Counted from the first letter of the stretch, positions 11,050 through 23,124 are shown. The stretch: 45,670 nt of DNA from Macrostomum lignano (GCA_002269645.1 NIVC01003235.1:1-45670), one strand, 5' to 3'. Notes: generated by a model not told the origin, from the letters alone. Numbers and translations are program-made.

Positions 11050-13765
11050 TTGAAAGGCACTAAAAATGATATGAAATTCTAGACTACTAACTTCTGAAGC
11101 CGGAATCTCTGGTCTCCATTTTTGCGACTTTGTAGTCTCGCTTGCCGCCAGCAACTTTGAGTGCCTTCTCCACGATGCGGTATTTGTTGACCCAACCTCT
11201 ACTGGGCTTTTCCCCAAGAAATTGCACGTGGATGCTAGTTGCTGCTTGCGGCGGTCATCGGCGCTGGCCATTGGCATCTTTTTTGGTGCCGCCGTCTTTG
11301 CTGTGGCACCGGTTCTGGCAGCTGCGGCTCGTGGCTTTTTGCCGGCTTTAGACGTGGCCTGAGAAATAAGGAAGATTGTTTTGCGGAAGTTATAGAATAA
11401 AGCCTGGTTGTAACGGTAAAAATGACGGCTAGATATTTAAATTCCGATTTATTGTTAATAGTTAGATTATTTAAAATACAAATTTTTAAAAGCTATTATA
11501 CGTACATTATGTAACTATTCTACGTAAAACTATTATTAGTACACGCATATTATTATATCATTATATCCCGAAGAGTCTTAAAAACATTCTAAAACTGAAA
11601 AAACTTACTCTTTTATAGCGGCCGAAATGATTTTATCAACGATACGGGCCCCGGCACGCCGATATGCCTCCGTGTGCACCTGGTAGTGTGCCATGGCGAC
11701 CTCGGTGCTGTGGTTCAGGCGGTCACCAAAGTTTCAGGCTTTCAGGTTTTCAGGTCGAGTTTTCAGGTCGTGTCCTTCCAGTAGACCCTATAATTTTTTA
11801 ATTTTTTCAATAATTAATCTCATAAACTGTCGCCTTTTTTCTTCAAGATAAATAAGTAACCTGATAACCTGATTGAATTGCTGAATGAGTGAACAGGTGA
11901 CTGGGAAAGTGAATGCATTGCTGAAGCCGTGAAGTTTTTCTGTCGTTACAATTTCGAAATAACGTGACTCAATTAGGTTTGTTACCATTTAGAACAGTTT
12001 GTTTGCATCAAAGATGAACGATTTTTTTATTATTAGTTCGGTTGATGACGGTGTACACGGCTTGAGGTAAAGACAGTAGGCCTAAATAAAAGTCAGTGGG
12101 AAGATGGCGACAGGGGGCTAATCGGTTTTCTGGTCGTTCCTAATGTAAGTTCAGCACTTGTAATAAAGTTCAGCACTTTAGCGTTGCCCTTGCCAAAACT
12201 GAGACACATTCCGATGGCCAGGTAGGTCATTGTGCCCACTTTGTCATTGTCCTCCGCTGCTTTCAGGCTGTCCTCCTTCATCTTAATAATGGCCAGGATC
12301 TGCTCGTCAGAAAGCACTCGCTCGTTGTTCCGGTCCTGTAAAATTTGTGATTCGTTTATTGATTAACTAATTTTTGTCTATCAAAAGCACAAAAGTTTTA
12401 CGCTAGTAATACAAGTTTACGCTACATCTACCGTTAAAAACTATTTAGTGGATATTGTGACGATGTCACTTTCATACTTTTTTCCTATTCTGCGTCGTAC
12501 GTGTAAAGTATACAGTATATAATCTCTTTCTACATGTACATTACACTTAAATTTAACCTTCTTATTTAATTTATTAGCGATGACGTATTTTTGTTATACC
12601 GTATAATTCATAGAAATAGTTAGCAGTATATAAAACGTATTCAAATCTTTTTCTTGCTCTTGCTCAAGCCTTCCTCGATCCACACTGTCTCATTACAATA
12701 CTACTAGTACTACTCTACGCTCGTTGCTATCTATAGTATCAGACATACGAGGTTGTTATCAATTGTGAATTGATTAAAATAAACTCTCGACATCCGACGC
12801 CACATCGATATTAGTATCGTCCATATTACTAATCGATCTAAATTCGTCACGATATAGATTCTCGGGACGAATCGTAGCTCGTATATTACCATAAGTAATA
12901 AATGAACGAAACTTTCATAATTAAATCAAGCACGTAATAAAACTATATTTTCATTTACATGCTAATTTTGATATTCAGTACATATAGAGATACAGTTGAT
13001 TTTTCCATAGTTTGCTGTTAACAGTCTAAAATGTTTAACAAATACTTTAGTGAAACCCTACAAGGACATCGCTAACTGCATTGTAGCACGTACTTCTTGA
13101 AATAATAATTATTTGAACTTTAAAGCGAGTGATATATAACATGTCAAACTTGCTTACCCTGCGGCGAGCCTCGTAAACTTTCTTCCTTCGAATGTAATAC
13201 TTCATCAATAAGGTACAGCACGCGCCGAAACTTTCCAAGTCCAGTTGAAGCCCAGAAGCAGCAACGTCTTGCAACCTATAGGCTCGCAGAAACGTAGCCA
13301 CTTTCTGCAGGACGCTAACCGTCTCTTTCAGCGGACCGAAGCTCAGAGACGGCAAAAAATCGTTGATCTTACAAAAAGTAGATATTAAAAATAACTATTT
13401 GCATCAAAAAACAAAAATGGACTGCTGAAAAAACCACATAACCGCGATAGCAGGCTAATTAATATGACGAAATATGTGAAAAGGTGACTGGGAAAGTGAA
13501 TGCATTGCTGAATGAGTGAACAGGTGATCGGGAAAGTGAATGCATTGCTGAATGAGTGAACAGGTGACTGGAAAAGTGAATGCATTGCTGAATGGGTGAA
13601 CAGGCGACGAAGATAGCTAAATAAATAGGAGGAAATGTGCATATTGAATCGGTATATTGCTCACTTTTTCACGAGCGTCCTGTCTGATAAGTTCGTTGAA
13701 GGTTGCAGATCCAGTTGCATCCATCGCGCGGACTAGATAGCGGTCCATCTTGCCGATGTTAACTA
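11050..13765 (-). pseudogene. Intron-containing tyrosine recombinase gene (Crypton-like), decayed
   Basis: Exons ~13765-13665, 13367-13158 and 12335-~11990 join in frame over GT-AG introns (..DAREK|INDFLPSL..EARRR|DRNNERV..). YLAIGMCLSFGK(G)NAKVLNFITSAEL resembles the Arg-I box with R changed to G. DQKT (HKT-like) follows after a frameshift. Exon 11787-11609 encodes DRLNHSTEVAMAHYQ (His/Tyr box, Tyr codon 11683-11685). A probable last exon starts at 11358. Several stops and frameshifts. Confidence 0.68.
13482..13606. repeat. 40-bp tandem repeat (3 copies) with a related copy at ~11877-11930
   Basis: GTGACTGGGAAAGTGAATGCATTGCTGAATGAGTGAACAG starts at 13484, 13524 and 13564. The same sequence occurs at 11877-11930. 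Confidence 0.9.
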
Positions 13766-16700
13766 TGTGGACACGAAATCTGTAACCCCAGACTCTGACG
13801 CCTCGGATGTACTCCATCTGACAGACGTAGATCTCATCCACGCTGTATCAGTAGCGACAGAAACTGTGCTGATCAACGGTGTCGCCATTCCGATGCAGGT
13901 CGACACCGGAGCTTCAGTTTCAGTGCTCTCTAGCTACCTCTGGGAATCGCTGCAACGCCCCAAATTGGACAAGTATCACCGGCGACTCGAAGCATATGAT
14001 GGCCACACCCTAAAGACATTGGGAAAGCTGTTTACCACCGTGGAGATGCGCGGTCGAATTCACCCAGTTGAGCTGATGGTGGTTTCATCCTCAAAGAACT
14101 TCGGCCTGCTAGGACGCGATCTTCTAGATTGCGACGCCGTATTCCACGCAGCCACCACTGCCACAGCTGTGCCTGCCAATGAACCACTGCCGACCATCAA
14201 GGGCATCAAAGCGAGCATGGAGTTGATTGAAGGCGCCAGCCAGGCCGCAGTTCTGCCGCGCTCGCCCAGTTCCGCTTGCACTGGAACTGCAAGTCAATGC
14301 CGAGCTCGAGAGACTGCAGCAGCTGGGTGTCATCGAGCCCATTCAGGGCCCGGTAAGCAACGCCTCGCCTGTTGTTTGGGTTAAAAAGAAAGATGGCTCA
14401 CTTCGAATGTGTGCCGATTACAAAGTGCTCGTCAGTGGGAAAATAAATTCAGACGCTCTGCTTATTCGCAAATAGCTCTCGATGAGTCTGCGGAGGAACT
14501 ATCAGTGATCAACACCTCAAGCGGCCTCTACAAATGGGCATGAAAAACGCCTCCTTCATTTTTCAAAGAGCCATGGAAAGCATTCTATCTGACCTCAAAG
14601 GCATCCTTATCTACCAAGATGATGTCCTAGTCTTTGCAGGGAATTCTGAAGCACTCGGGAAGCGGCTGAATGCGGTCAAAACCAGGCTCGCAGAGAAGAA
14701 ATTGACCATCAACGAAAGCAATTCCATAAACATTTGCGATGAAATTTCCTTTCTTGGATTCAAAATCTCCGCATCTGGGATTCAGCCTGATGACCGCTTA
14801 GTTGACAAGATCCTTTATATAGCCGCTCCCAGCTCCAAGAAGGAAGTTGAGCAGTTCCTTGGCCTAGTAATTTTTTTGGCCGTCTGATACCTAATTTCTC
14901 CGCTAAAGCCGCTCCGCCGAACAGCCTTCGGAAGGGAAACTCATCCTTCGACTGGTCCGATGAGTGCACTCACGCATTTGAGGCGCTCAAGCGGCCTCTA
15001 CAAATGGGCCGCTGGTGCAGCCTTACAGCCTCGAGAAAGAGGCCACTCTCACCACTGACGCCTCCAAAGGTGCGCTTGCTGCTGTTTTGACCCAGGACGG
15101 GCACCCCGTGATTTACATCTCCAGGACTCTCATCCGCAGAAGCTAACTACTCAAACATCGAGCGAGAAGCCCTGGCGATTTTCTGGGCAATCCATAGGCT
15201 TAAACACTATCTGCAAGGCCGGAAATTCACCATTCGGACTGATCACCAATCTTTGCTTCGTCTCTTTGGTGGCAGCATCCCATTGAACAGCCGATGGGCG
15301 CTGTTTCTAATGCAATTTGACTTCACTCTGGAATACTTACAAGGGACGAAAATTCCTCATGCCGACGCGCTTTCCCGACTCCGGTTCGAAAACGCGGATC
15401 TTGAGCCTAGCAGTACCTTTTGGGCGGTAAACTGCGTTGTCTTTCAATCCCCAACCATCGATCCACAAAGAATAGTATCCGAAATGGAGTCCGACAGACT
15501 TCTCGAACGAATAGTTCGCCGCATTTGGTCTGGAGACTGGCAAGACTGCACACAAGCAGAGGCAGCCTTTAAGAAAGTCGCGGAATGCCTGACCCTAGAG
15601 AATGGCCTGATCTACATGCGCCGCGAGCATTCATTCCACCAAGGCTCAGACGAGAGGCCTTCGACGCAGTGCATGACACTCATACGGGTTCCAACGCAGC
15701 GCACAAGTTGCTTGCACAGACCTGTTGGTGGCCCGGTATGCAGAGGCACGTGGAGCAATTCGTTTATCAATGCCAGGCATGCACTCATTTGAGACCTCGT
15801 TTGCAAAAAACTCGGGACACTTGGCCACCTGCCACCGCTCCGTTTCAAAGAGTTGCACATGGACTGGGCTTTTGTACCGGCCGTTGGCAACATCCTCATC
15901 GTGGTTGACGCTTACTCGGGCTGGATCGAAGCTTTCCCGACAAAAGACAGATCGGCAGACAGCGTCATCACCTCATTGCGAACAGTTTTTACTCGTTTTG
16001 GTGTTCCGGAGCTGGTTGTCTCAGACAACGCAGCGGAGTTCACCTCGGCTCCACTATTGGCCTAGTTGGAAAAGAACGATGCTCGTAAGACGGAGAGCCC
16101 TCCATATTCCCCTCAATCTAATGGTGCAGCCGAGCGAGCCGTCCAGACTATCAAGAAGGCCTTGTGGGCATGGACCCAGCGTCTAACACATGGCAGCTTT
16201 ATCGCTTTTTTGCAGAAGGCTCTTATACACCATCGTAATTCTTCGAAGTCACGCAAACGAACACCTGCCGAGCTCGTTCTAGGTCGACGACTTCGAGTTC
16301 CGGTGGTCTCCACCTTCCAGCAGGGTGACCCGGTGCAGTACAAGACCCACGGCGACACCACAAGCTCTCGAGCAGAGTTTCCTGATGTCGCAGGGGCGCA
16401 ACACTTCCTGGCTACTGACGGGCGCTAAACTACAACTGGCCTCAAACAATCAATTCGGCCCGCTAGTTACTGCCTCTGAAGCTGATGAGGAAGAAGAGGA
16501 GGTTCACCAACAGCCACAAGCTGACGCGTCTGAGGCTCCCCCTGAGACCGCCCCGACAAGAAGAAGCACAAGGGTAAAGAATCTCCTGAATCGCTTTGTG
16601 CCGTAGGCTCGGACTGATCAAGCCATAATCGAGCTATGTCACTGAATTTTTCAAGTCTACTGGCTAGTTCTCAAAGTTTGATTGTTTGACTGATTGGCGT

Positions 16701-16944
16701 TTTGTGGGCGCTATCTATCGTCTCCTTTTGCAGATGGGGACATGTGGTAGTAGCTGCTGGCTAGTATATCGTTGCACTTTCCCCAATCGTATCCTTGTTA
16801 ATGTCTATATGGTAGCAATCAGCTAAACATTCTTAAGCCTACGTTCCCAGCCTCTCACTTATGTTATGAGTTTCTAAGCTTGAATAAACACTGCTCGAAC
16901 GCTTACGCCAAAGTGCATCTGTCGGCCTTGTTCGAACTACGACA
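13766..16944 (+). mobile_element. 5'-truncated, degenerate Ty3/Gypsy LTR retrotransposon (PR-RT-RH-IN plus 3' LTR)
   Basis: Protease VDTGASVSV; RT ASPVVWVKKKDGSLRMCADYK and YQDD; RNase H TDASK, EREALA, TDHQSL, ADALSRL; integrase H..H/WWP/C..C and DW..D..E core with SNGAAER; RRSTR tail. Domain order is Gypsy type. Many frameshifts, stops and small deletions. Confidence 0.93.
16743..16944 (+). repeat. 3' LTR of the Gypsy element (202 bp)
   Basis: TGTGGTAG...CTACGACA (TG..CA with near-perfect terminal inverted 8-mer). Preceded by purine tract AGATGGGGA at ~16732-16740. AATAAA at ~16883. Confidence 0.8.
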
Positions 16945-17639
16945 TTTTCTGCCCGAAAATTTCAGAAGAGCGAACCGCAATCCAGGACCACCAGGAAAGC
17001 ATCGTTACAGTCTAGTCTAGTTCTAGTCTATTAATCCTTGACTGCAATGGCCACTTTTTAAGTATGAATATGAGTAAGATACTAGTGGGGTATAGGAAAA
17101 TCATTTTCTTAATATTTAATACCCAAATGATTGAGACAGAGTTGAGATCAATTAAAATATTTTAAAGAAAACAAGGATCAAAATTGGTCAGGGAATTCAA
17201 TCTCTAGAGCGTGTTTCCCAAGCAGACGGACGGGTAGATATAGATTAGAGATTTAGTATATGTGGAGGAAGGAAGGATATGAATGTATTCCTCCTGTCCC
17301 AGTCGACTACACCCTAACTCTTCATAAATTTTCACTGCACGTTTTTTTCGAATGTCCTTATTTACTTATTTAAGTAAGAACTTATTTACCCAGGTTTTAT
17401 ACGTAGGTTTTCAAATATGTCATTCTGAAAATTTTCTTCTCTATCGCATGTTGGAGTGCTTTCATCTACTTAAATCAAGTATAACATGCACTTCAGGCTT
17501 TTATTGCTGAATAGAAGCAAAAGTTTTCGCAAATGGATTTTTAGTTCTTTTCAAATAGTTGCATGGCTTATATTTTTTGGCCTCTTTGATAAGGAAATAT
17601 TATTTGCCAAAAAATAAAAAAACGCTGCATCGTCGGTTG

Positions 17640-18990
17640 ACAGTGATGGAAGGAGCGCCGCCGGGCTTTGAGCTGCTGGCCAGCATTCTGGCCGTCGACT
17701 TTGACGATCCGACTGCAGTGGCAATGCCCGAATCGGTTATGCCATCGTTGAAGGCAACGAAGACGGACACAACGAAGATAGACAACAGAACTGGTGAGGG
17801 TCATTCTTCACCACTCCTGCACCCTACCTCAATCCTGCATCCACCCCACTCCTTCACTCACCTCACTCCTGCACTCACCTCACTCCTGCACCCACCTCAC
17901 TCCTGCACCCACCTCACTCCTGCACCCACCTCACTCCTGCACCCACCCCACTCGTGCACCCACCTCACTCCTGCACCCACTTCACTCCTTCACCCACCTC
18001 ACTCCTGCACCCACCTCACTCCTGCACCCACCTCACTCCTGCACCCACCTCACTCGTGCACCCACCTCACTCGTGCACCCACCTCACTCCTGCACCCACC
18101 TCACTCCTGCACCCACCTCACTCGTGCACCCACCTCACTCGTGCACCCACCTCACTCCTGCACCCACCCCACTCCTGCACCCACCTCACTCCTGCACCCA
18201 CCTCACTCCTGCACCCACCTCACTCCTGCACCCACCTCACTCCTGCACCCACCTCACTCCTGCACCCACCTCACTCCTCACCGTGACAACTTACGCTCTG
18301 TCGCCAGGCCAAATCCTGACAAAGACGCTGCCGATCGATCGCGAAATTCGTCCGGTGCTCACCTTCACCATGCTGATCGAGGTGGCCATCCTGGACGTCA
18401 ACGATTCGCCGCAGAGATTTCTGCAGCCGATCTACGACATCTACGCCTATGCTGCGCCTTCGGCAAACCTCAGCTCCGTCACCAGCGAGATGGAAGGTGC
18501 GGCCTCTGAAATTTTGCTTTTACCTTCATCGGATGCTATTTATTTTAATAACTCAACTCTTTGATCTCCGCAGACCCCTGCGCCCTCAGCTCGCCACAGC
18601 TGCCAGACTGGCTGCCGTAGATCCGGACGAGCCACAGAACGCCATCGTCGACTACCGCATCCAGGACCGGCGTTGAGTTCCTGGGCGCGAATCTGCCCCC
18701 GACAATGGCCTCCTGCTGCTCCGGCTGCCAATGACAGCAGCTTCCATGACGATCTGGACGCTTGTCGCCGAGGCTGTGGACAAGGGAACCGGTGCAAAGG
18801 CGACGGCGCAGGTGCGGGTGAATCAGCTGGCCGCACCCGCCCTGCCTGGCTCAGCTCAGTCGGCTGAGCGACTCTTCACCATCATCGGAGCATCGACTTG
18901 GACGACGTTGTCAGAGATGGCGGCTCTGGGCTCCACGGTGCCATCGACCATCGTCATCGGCGAAAAATACCGCCAGCGTCTGTGCGGGGT
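17640..18990 (+). pseudogene. Cadherin-repeat gene fragment, frameshifted
   Basis: Across frames: EGAPPG..LAVDFDD, GNARIGYAIVEGNEDG, KIDNRTG| (donor gtgagg at ~17794), IDRE, DVNDSP..FLQPIY, AVDPDEPQNAIVDYRI, AVDKG..ATAQVRV. These are typical of 2-3 extracellular cadherin repeats. Confidence 0.72.
17810..18281. repeat. 17-bp minisatellite
   Basis: Unit CACCCACCTCACTCCTG, about 27 copies. ORFs show 17-aa periodicity. Confidence 0.95.
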
Positions 18991-19275
18991 CGGTCCTCAT
19001 GGGTGTAAATTTGCACGACAGGCACCTAAGTCCTTTCAAGAGACTGGGTACAGTTGTTCAGTCCATGGACTATAATTTTTTTTACCTTATCTAATGCCGG
19101 TACCTATTTTTACAGCTTGGGGAATTAATAGTCCTGATAAAGAATGAAAAAGTTTCCCCTGGGTTCTTTGCAAAAATGTACATTACAATTACGAGTACAA
19201 TTAAAAGACTCGCTACAAGAAATATAGGATTCCTTATGTAAAAAACTTTGTCCAAAGCTCTGACAAAAAAATATC

Positions 19276-19985
19276 ATGATGACTCAGACCCTTGACCCAG
19301 CTCTCATCATGACCCAGATGCTTGACCCAACTCTCATCTTGACCCAGATGCTTGACCCAATTCTCATCATGACCCAGATGCTTGACCCAATTCTCATCAT
19401 GACCCAGATGCTTGACCCAACTCTCATCTTGACCCAGATGCTTGATCCAACTCTCATCTTGACCCAGAGGCTTGACCCAATTCCCATCATGATCCAGATG
19501 CTTGACCCAACTCTCATTATGACTTAGATGCTTGACCCAATTCTCATCATGACCCAGAGGCTTGACCCAATTCCCATCATGATCCAGATGCTTGACCCAA
19601 CTCTCATTATGACTCATATGCTTGACCCAATTCTCATCATGACCCAGATGCTTGCCAGTTATCATCATGACTCAGATGATTGACTAAATTCTGATCAAGA
19701 CCCAGATGCTTGACCCAACTCTCATCATAACCCAGATGCTTGATCCAACTCTTATCTTGACCCAGATGCTTGACCCAATTCCCATCATGATCCAGATGCT
19801 TGACCCAACTCTCATTATGACCCAGATGCTTGCCAGTTATCATCATGACTCAGATGCTTGACTTAATTCTGATCAAGACCCAGATGCTTGACCCAACTCT
19901 CATCATGACCCAGATGCTTGACCAAACTCTCATCATGACCCAGATGCTTGACCCAATTCTTATGATTACTCAGATACATGACCCA
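19276..19985. repeat. 30-bp minisatellite
   Basis: Unit GACCCAGATGCTTGACCCAATTCTCATCAT. The minus ORF repeats GHDENWVKHL. Confidence 0.95.
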
Positions 19986-20172
19986 CGAGACGAGAGTCAG
20001 AATTAACAACTGGCAAAAAACAAATCACTTTACTCGTACTTTAAGTGTATTGAATTTTTAATATTATTCTTCAACAGGTAATTTAGATAACCATGCACCA
20101 AACCAATTACCAGCAAACCTAAATTCTTTAGTTGTATGTTTGTCTGACATAGGACGTTACTCATTCATTCAT

Positions 20173-21437
20173 TCAGTAGCACTTGAACTTCATTACGGTG
20201 CGTTTCATTGGAACATATCCGCGTCTGGATATATGGACGGTGTTATACGTTGGATTGTTGGTGATTCTCTTGTCGGTGGTGTAAGCTCCGTTGATGTTGG
20301 ACGCGTGGCACCCTTTGTACCACCATCCGCCGTAGCCGAACAGCTGCGAGCAGGAGCCGCGGCTGTGCGTGTCGTGATCTCTGTCGTAGGTGCTGAAGCG
20401 AGCCCCATTGTGCCAGACCAACGCGGTGCCAAGAGCTGTCTTACCAACCTGCTGACCAACACGCAATAGGTATCGCTGCTCTGGGCCCAGCACTTCGAAC
20501 ATTTTAAACTCTGCCTTGTACTTTTTACCGTCGAAGCTCTGGGTTTCGACTCTCAGTCGGCAGCGAGCAGTGGCTTTGTAGCCGTTCTTTATGCTGGTCT
20601 TGGTCATCTCGGACAGCCGATCTAAGCCTGCAATGGTTTTTGGTTCGTGTATTATGCGTCATACTTTATGACATCCTTGTTGCCGCTTGGCGCATGCATG
20701 CGGATTCTAGAGAGAGACTCACCCATCCAGTAGTTCGATCTGGGATTTCCAAATCCCTTCACGTAGGCGTCCCAATTCTGGGCGAACGAGAGGCTGCCGT
20801 CCACTCGCCTCTGGAAGACGATCCAGCGGCGCCGGTTGCACCTCAGCCTTGGCAGGCTCGCGCCCCTCACTGCGCCAAACCTCACCGGACTGCTTCCGAC
20901 TCGGCCGAACGCTTCGAACTGCAGCGCCTCGGCCACGTCCGATGGGTTGCTGAGGAGCTCCTCTCTGAGGTACTGACACCTGCGGAAAGAGCTGCACAGG
21001 AAGACGAGATCGGCTGACCTGCCCGAGTTTTTCAAAATTGTCATCAACGAGAGACCAGACTGACGGCTCGACAGGCCTTTGTTCGCCTTCACTTTCAGTC
21101 CGGTGATGGTCACCTGTCCGACCTTCTTCGAGCCATCCTTTGCCGATCGCAAGGTGTTGGCATCGATGCTAACGGACAGAGTCAAGCGGTACTTCATGTA
21201 CACTCGGCTATACTTCAGCGCGTTGCAAGAAGCCCGGAAGGCAATCCTGGGCTCGGCTACTTGGACTCCGTCGATTTCAAAGACGTTCAAAGACGATCCT
21301 CGGAATTTTGTTGTGCCAACACGAGCGAAGCTGTTCACGTCCGTGTATAGCTGCTGCTGCTGATAGCCGCTTCCTAGCGCCGGAGAGGCCCAGCAGGCAA
21401 CGCCCAACAGAACAGCGATGAGAGTCCAGCACTGCAT
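20173..21437 (-). CDS. Secreted fibrinogen-related domain (FReD) protein, 2 exons, 389 aa
   Basis: Exons 21437-20723 and 20627-20173, 95-bp GT-AG intron, phase 1, giving NYWMG|LDRL. Signal-peptide-like MQCWTLIAVLLGVACWASPALG. FReD motifs WIVFQRRVDGS, WDAYVKGFG, FSTYDRDHD, GGWWYKGCHASNING. Confidence 0.9.
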
Positions 21438-23124
21438 TTTCGCGCTGAAAGAAACTGAAAAGAAATTATTTAGTTTCTTCCGACTGAGGCGCTTCGAAAG
21501 CCGCTCAAGAGACGATCTATTTATCAAATCTTGCCCGGAGCTGAAAGGAACGCCCACATAAGTCAAACAGTTTTGCGAAAAATTATGAGACAGGTGCAAA
21601 CCGAAGCGGCGCTGTCAGTTTTTTGGAGTCCAGCTCAGCAGCTGTTGGACAGTAAATGCAGTCTGTATTAGCATGATTGCAGCTACAGATAGACAGCATG
21701 CATTTTGCAGTATCTAAAACGCATGCATACCATTTATCCATGTAATTCTCCAGAAATTTTAGCTTCAGAAGATTATTGATTTATTATCTGCGATAGAAGA
21801 CTGCTCAAAATAATTTTGCATGCTGAGAAGCTTTTTTTTTGGAGAGAAGTCTATTTCCGCGTCTGGAGATTCTCCTTGTATTATGGATACTTCCTTTTTT
21901 CTATTACAAACAGCCAAAGCAGTCTTTAGATTCTTGATTTCACGGTCTGTAATCTTGCCCACTCGTTTTGAAATCATAGATATTATATTCCTGTGTATAT
22001 GATCGTTGATTGAAACGAGGTTGAAACTGCACGGAAAGTCCATCTAAGTTTGTCCATGTCCTAAAGACCATTGATGTCAGTGCAAAGTCTGCCGTCAATG
22101 GCGTTCTACATGTATTTTTGTCAAAACATCAGGGGATTTCAAAATAGCTGTTTGTCAAGGCCTATGCTATTTGCCAAGCACAGACACTCATGCACAAACA
22201 CTCAAAAATTGTGCGGTAGAGTACGTTGTAAGCATAAAAGTAAGTTGATGCATTACGAGCTGTCTATGGCCGAAAGTTTATTAATCAGTTTAGACTTGAA
22301 TACTCGGAAATTTCTTAAGTTGATTTTTTGAAATCAAAATAATAGTTTGTGTGGTAACTGAGAGATTCAATTTAGGCTACTGAGAAAAAATTAGATCAGT
22401 CGGAATTTGATTCGTAAAATCTTCCACAAAGACCGAAAATTTTAGGTCGCCATTGCATTAATATTGCACACGATTTAGTCGGTGTTCCCCCAGATCCCCG
22501 TTTCTAATGGTAATAATGTAAAATTTATAGTCGCTTTGCTTTCCAGGAAACGGCACTAAAGAAAGCACCCATTCTTTCACTGCAAATTCGACTGCTCTCG
22601 ATTAATTGGTCTGCACAATTGCAAACTTTAAGTGTCACAATTCCTAGGGAGGGCGAATCGTATTCCTTATCCATGTGTGCTCAGCTGTCTGCAGCCATGG
22701 TTACTGTATTTAAGCTATTCCCATCCAACTTGCAAGGCGGGCAGAAACGATGAATTGCAAAAGCGAATCAGACACGAGATTCGTTTCTCGATCCGATGTG
22801 TATGTATGCAATCATTTTATAGTCTATGGTTACAATTTATATTTTAGTCCATATTTAAAGAAAGGAGGACTGAATTGATTGCTGTAAAATTTCACAGACT
22901 TTTATTTGTGCCTACTGAAGTCGTTAGTGTTAGTAAAATATTCGTTTTAATTAATGAAATTACCAATCCGATTTCATAAACATAAAAATGACTAAAATCG
23001 TCGAGCAAGTGATCAGATGCGCCTACAATTGTTGCAACGGCACGGCTGACCATATCAAAGCGAATGAAAATTCCGAGAACTTCATCTGGACAATGATTGC
23101 TATGCAATACGCCGTCGTTATTCT

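Noticed and set aside
21765-22043. 92-aa minus ORF upstream of the FReD gene
   Set aside because: No recognisable family or splice support; may be a TE remnant but cannot be supported.
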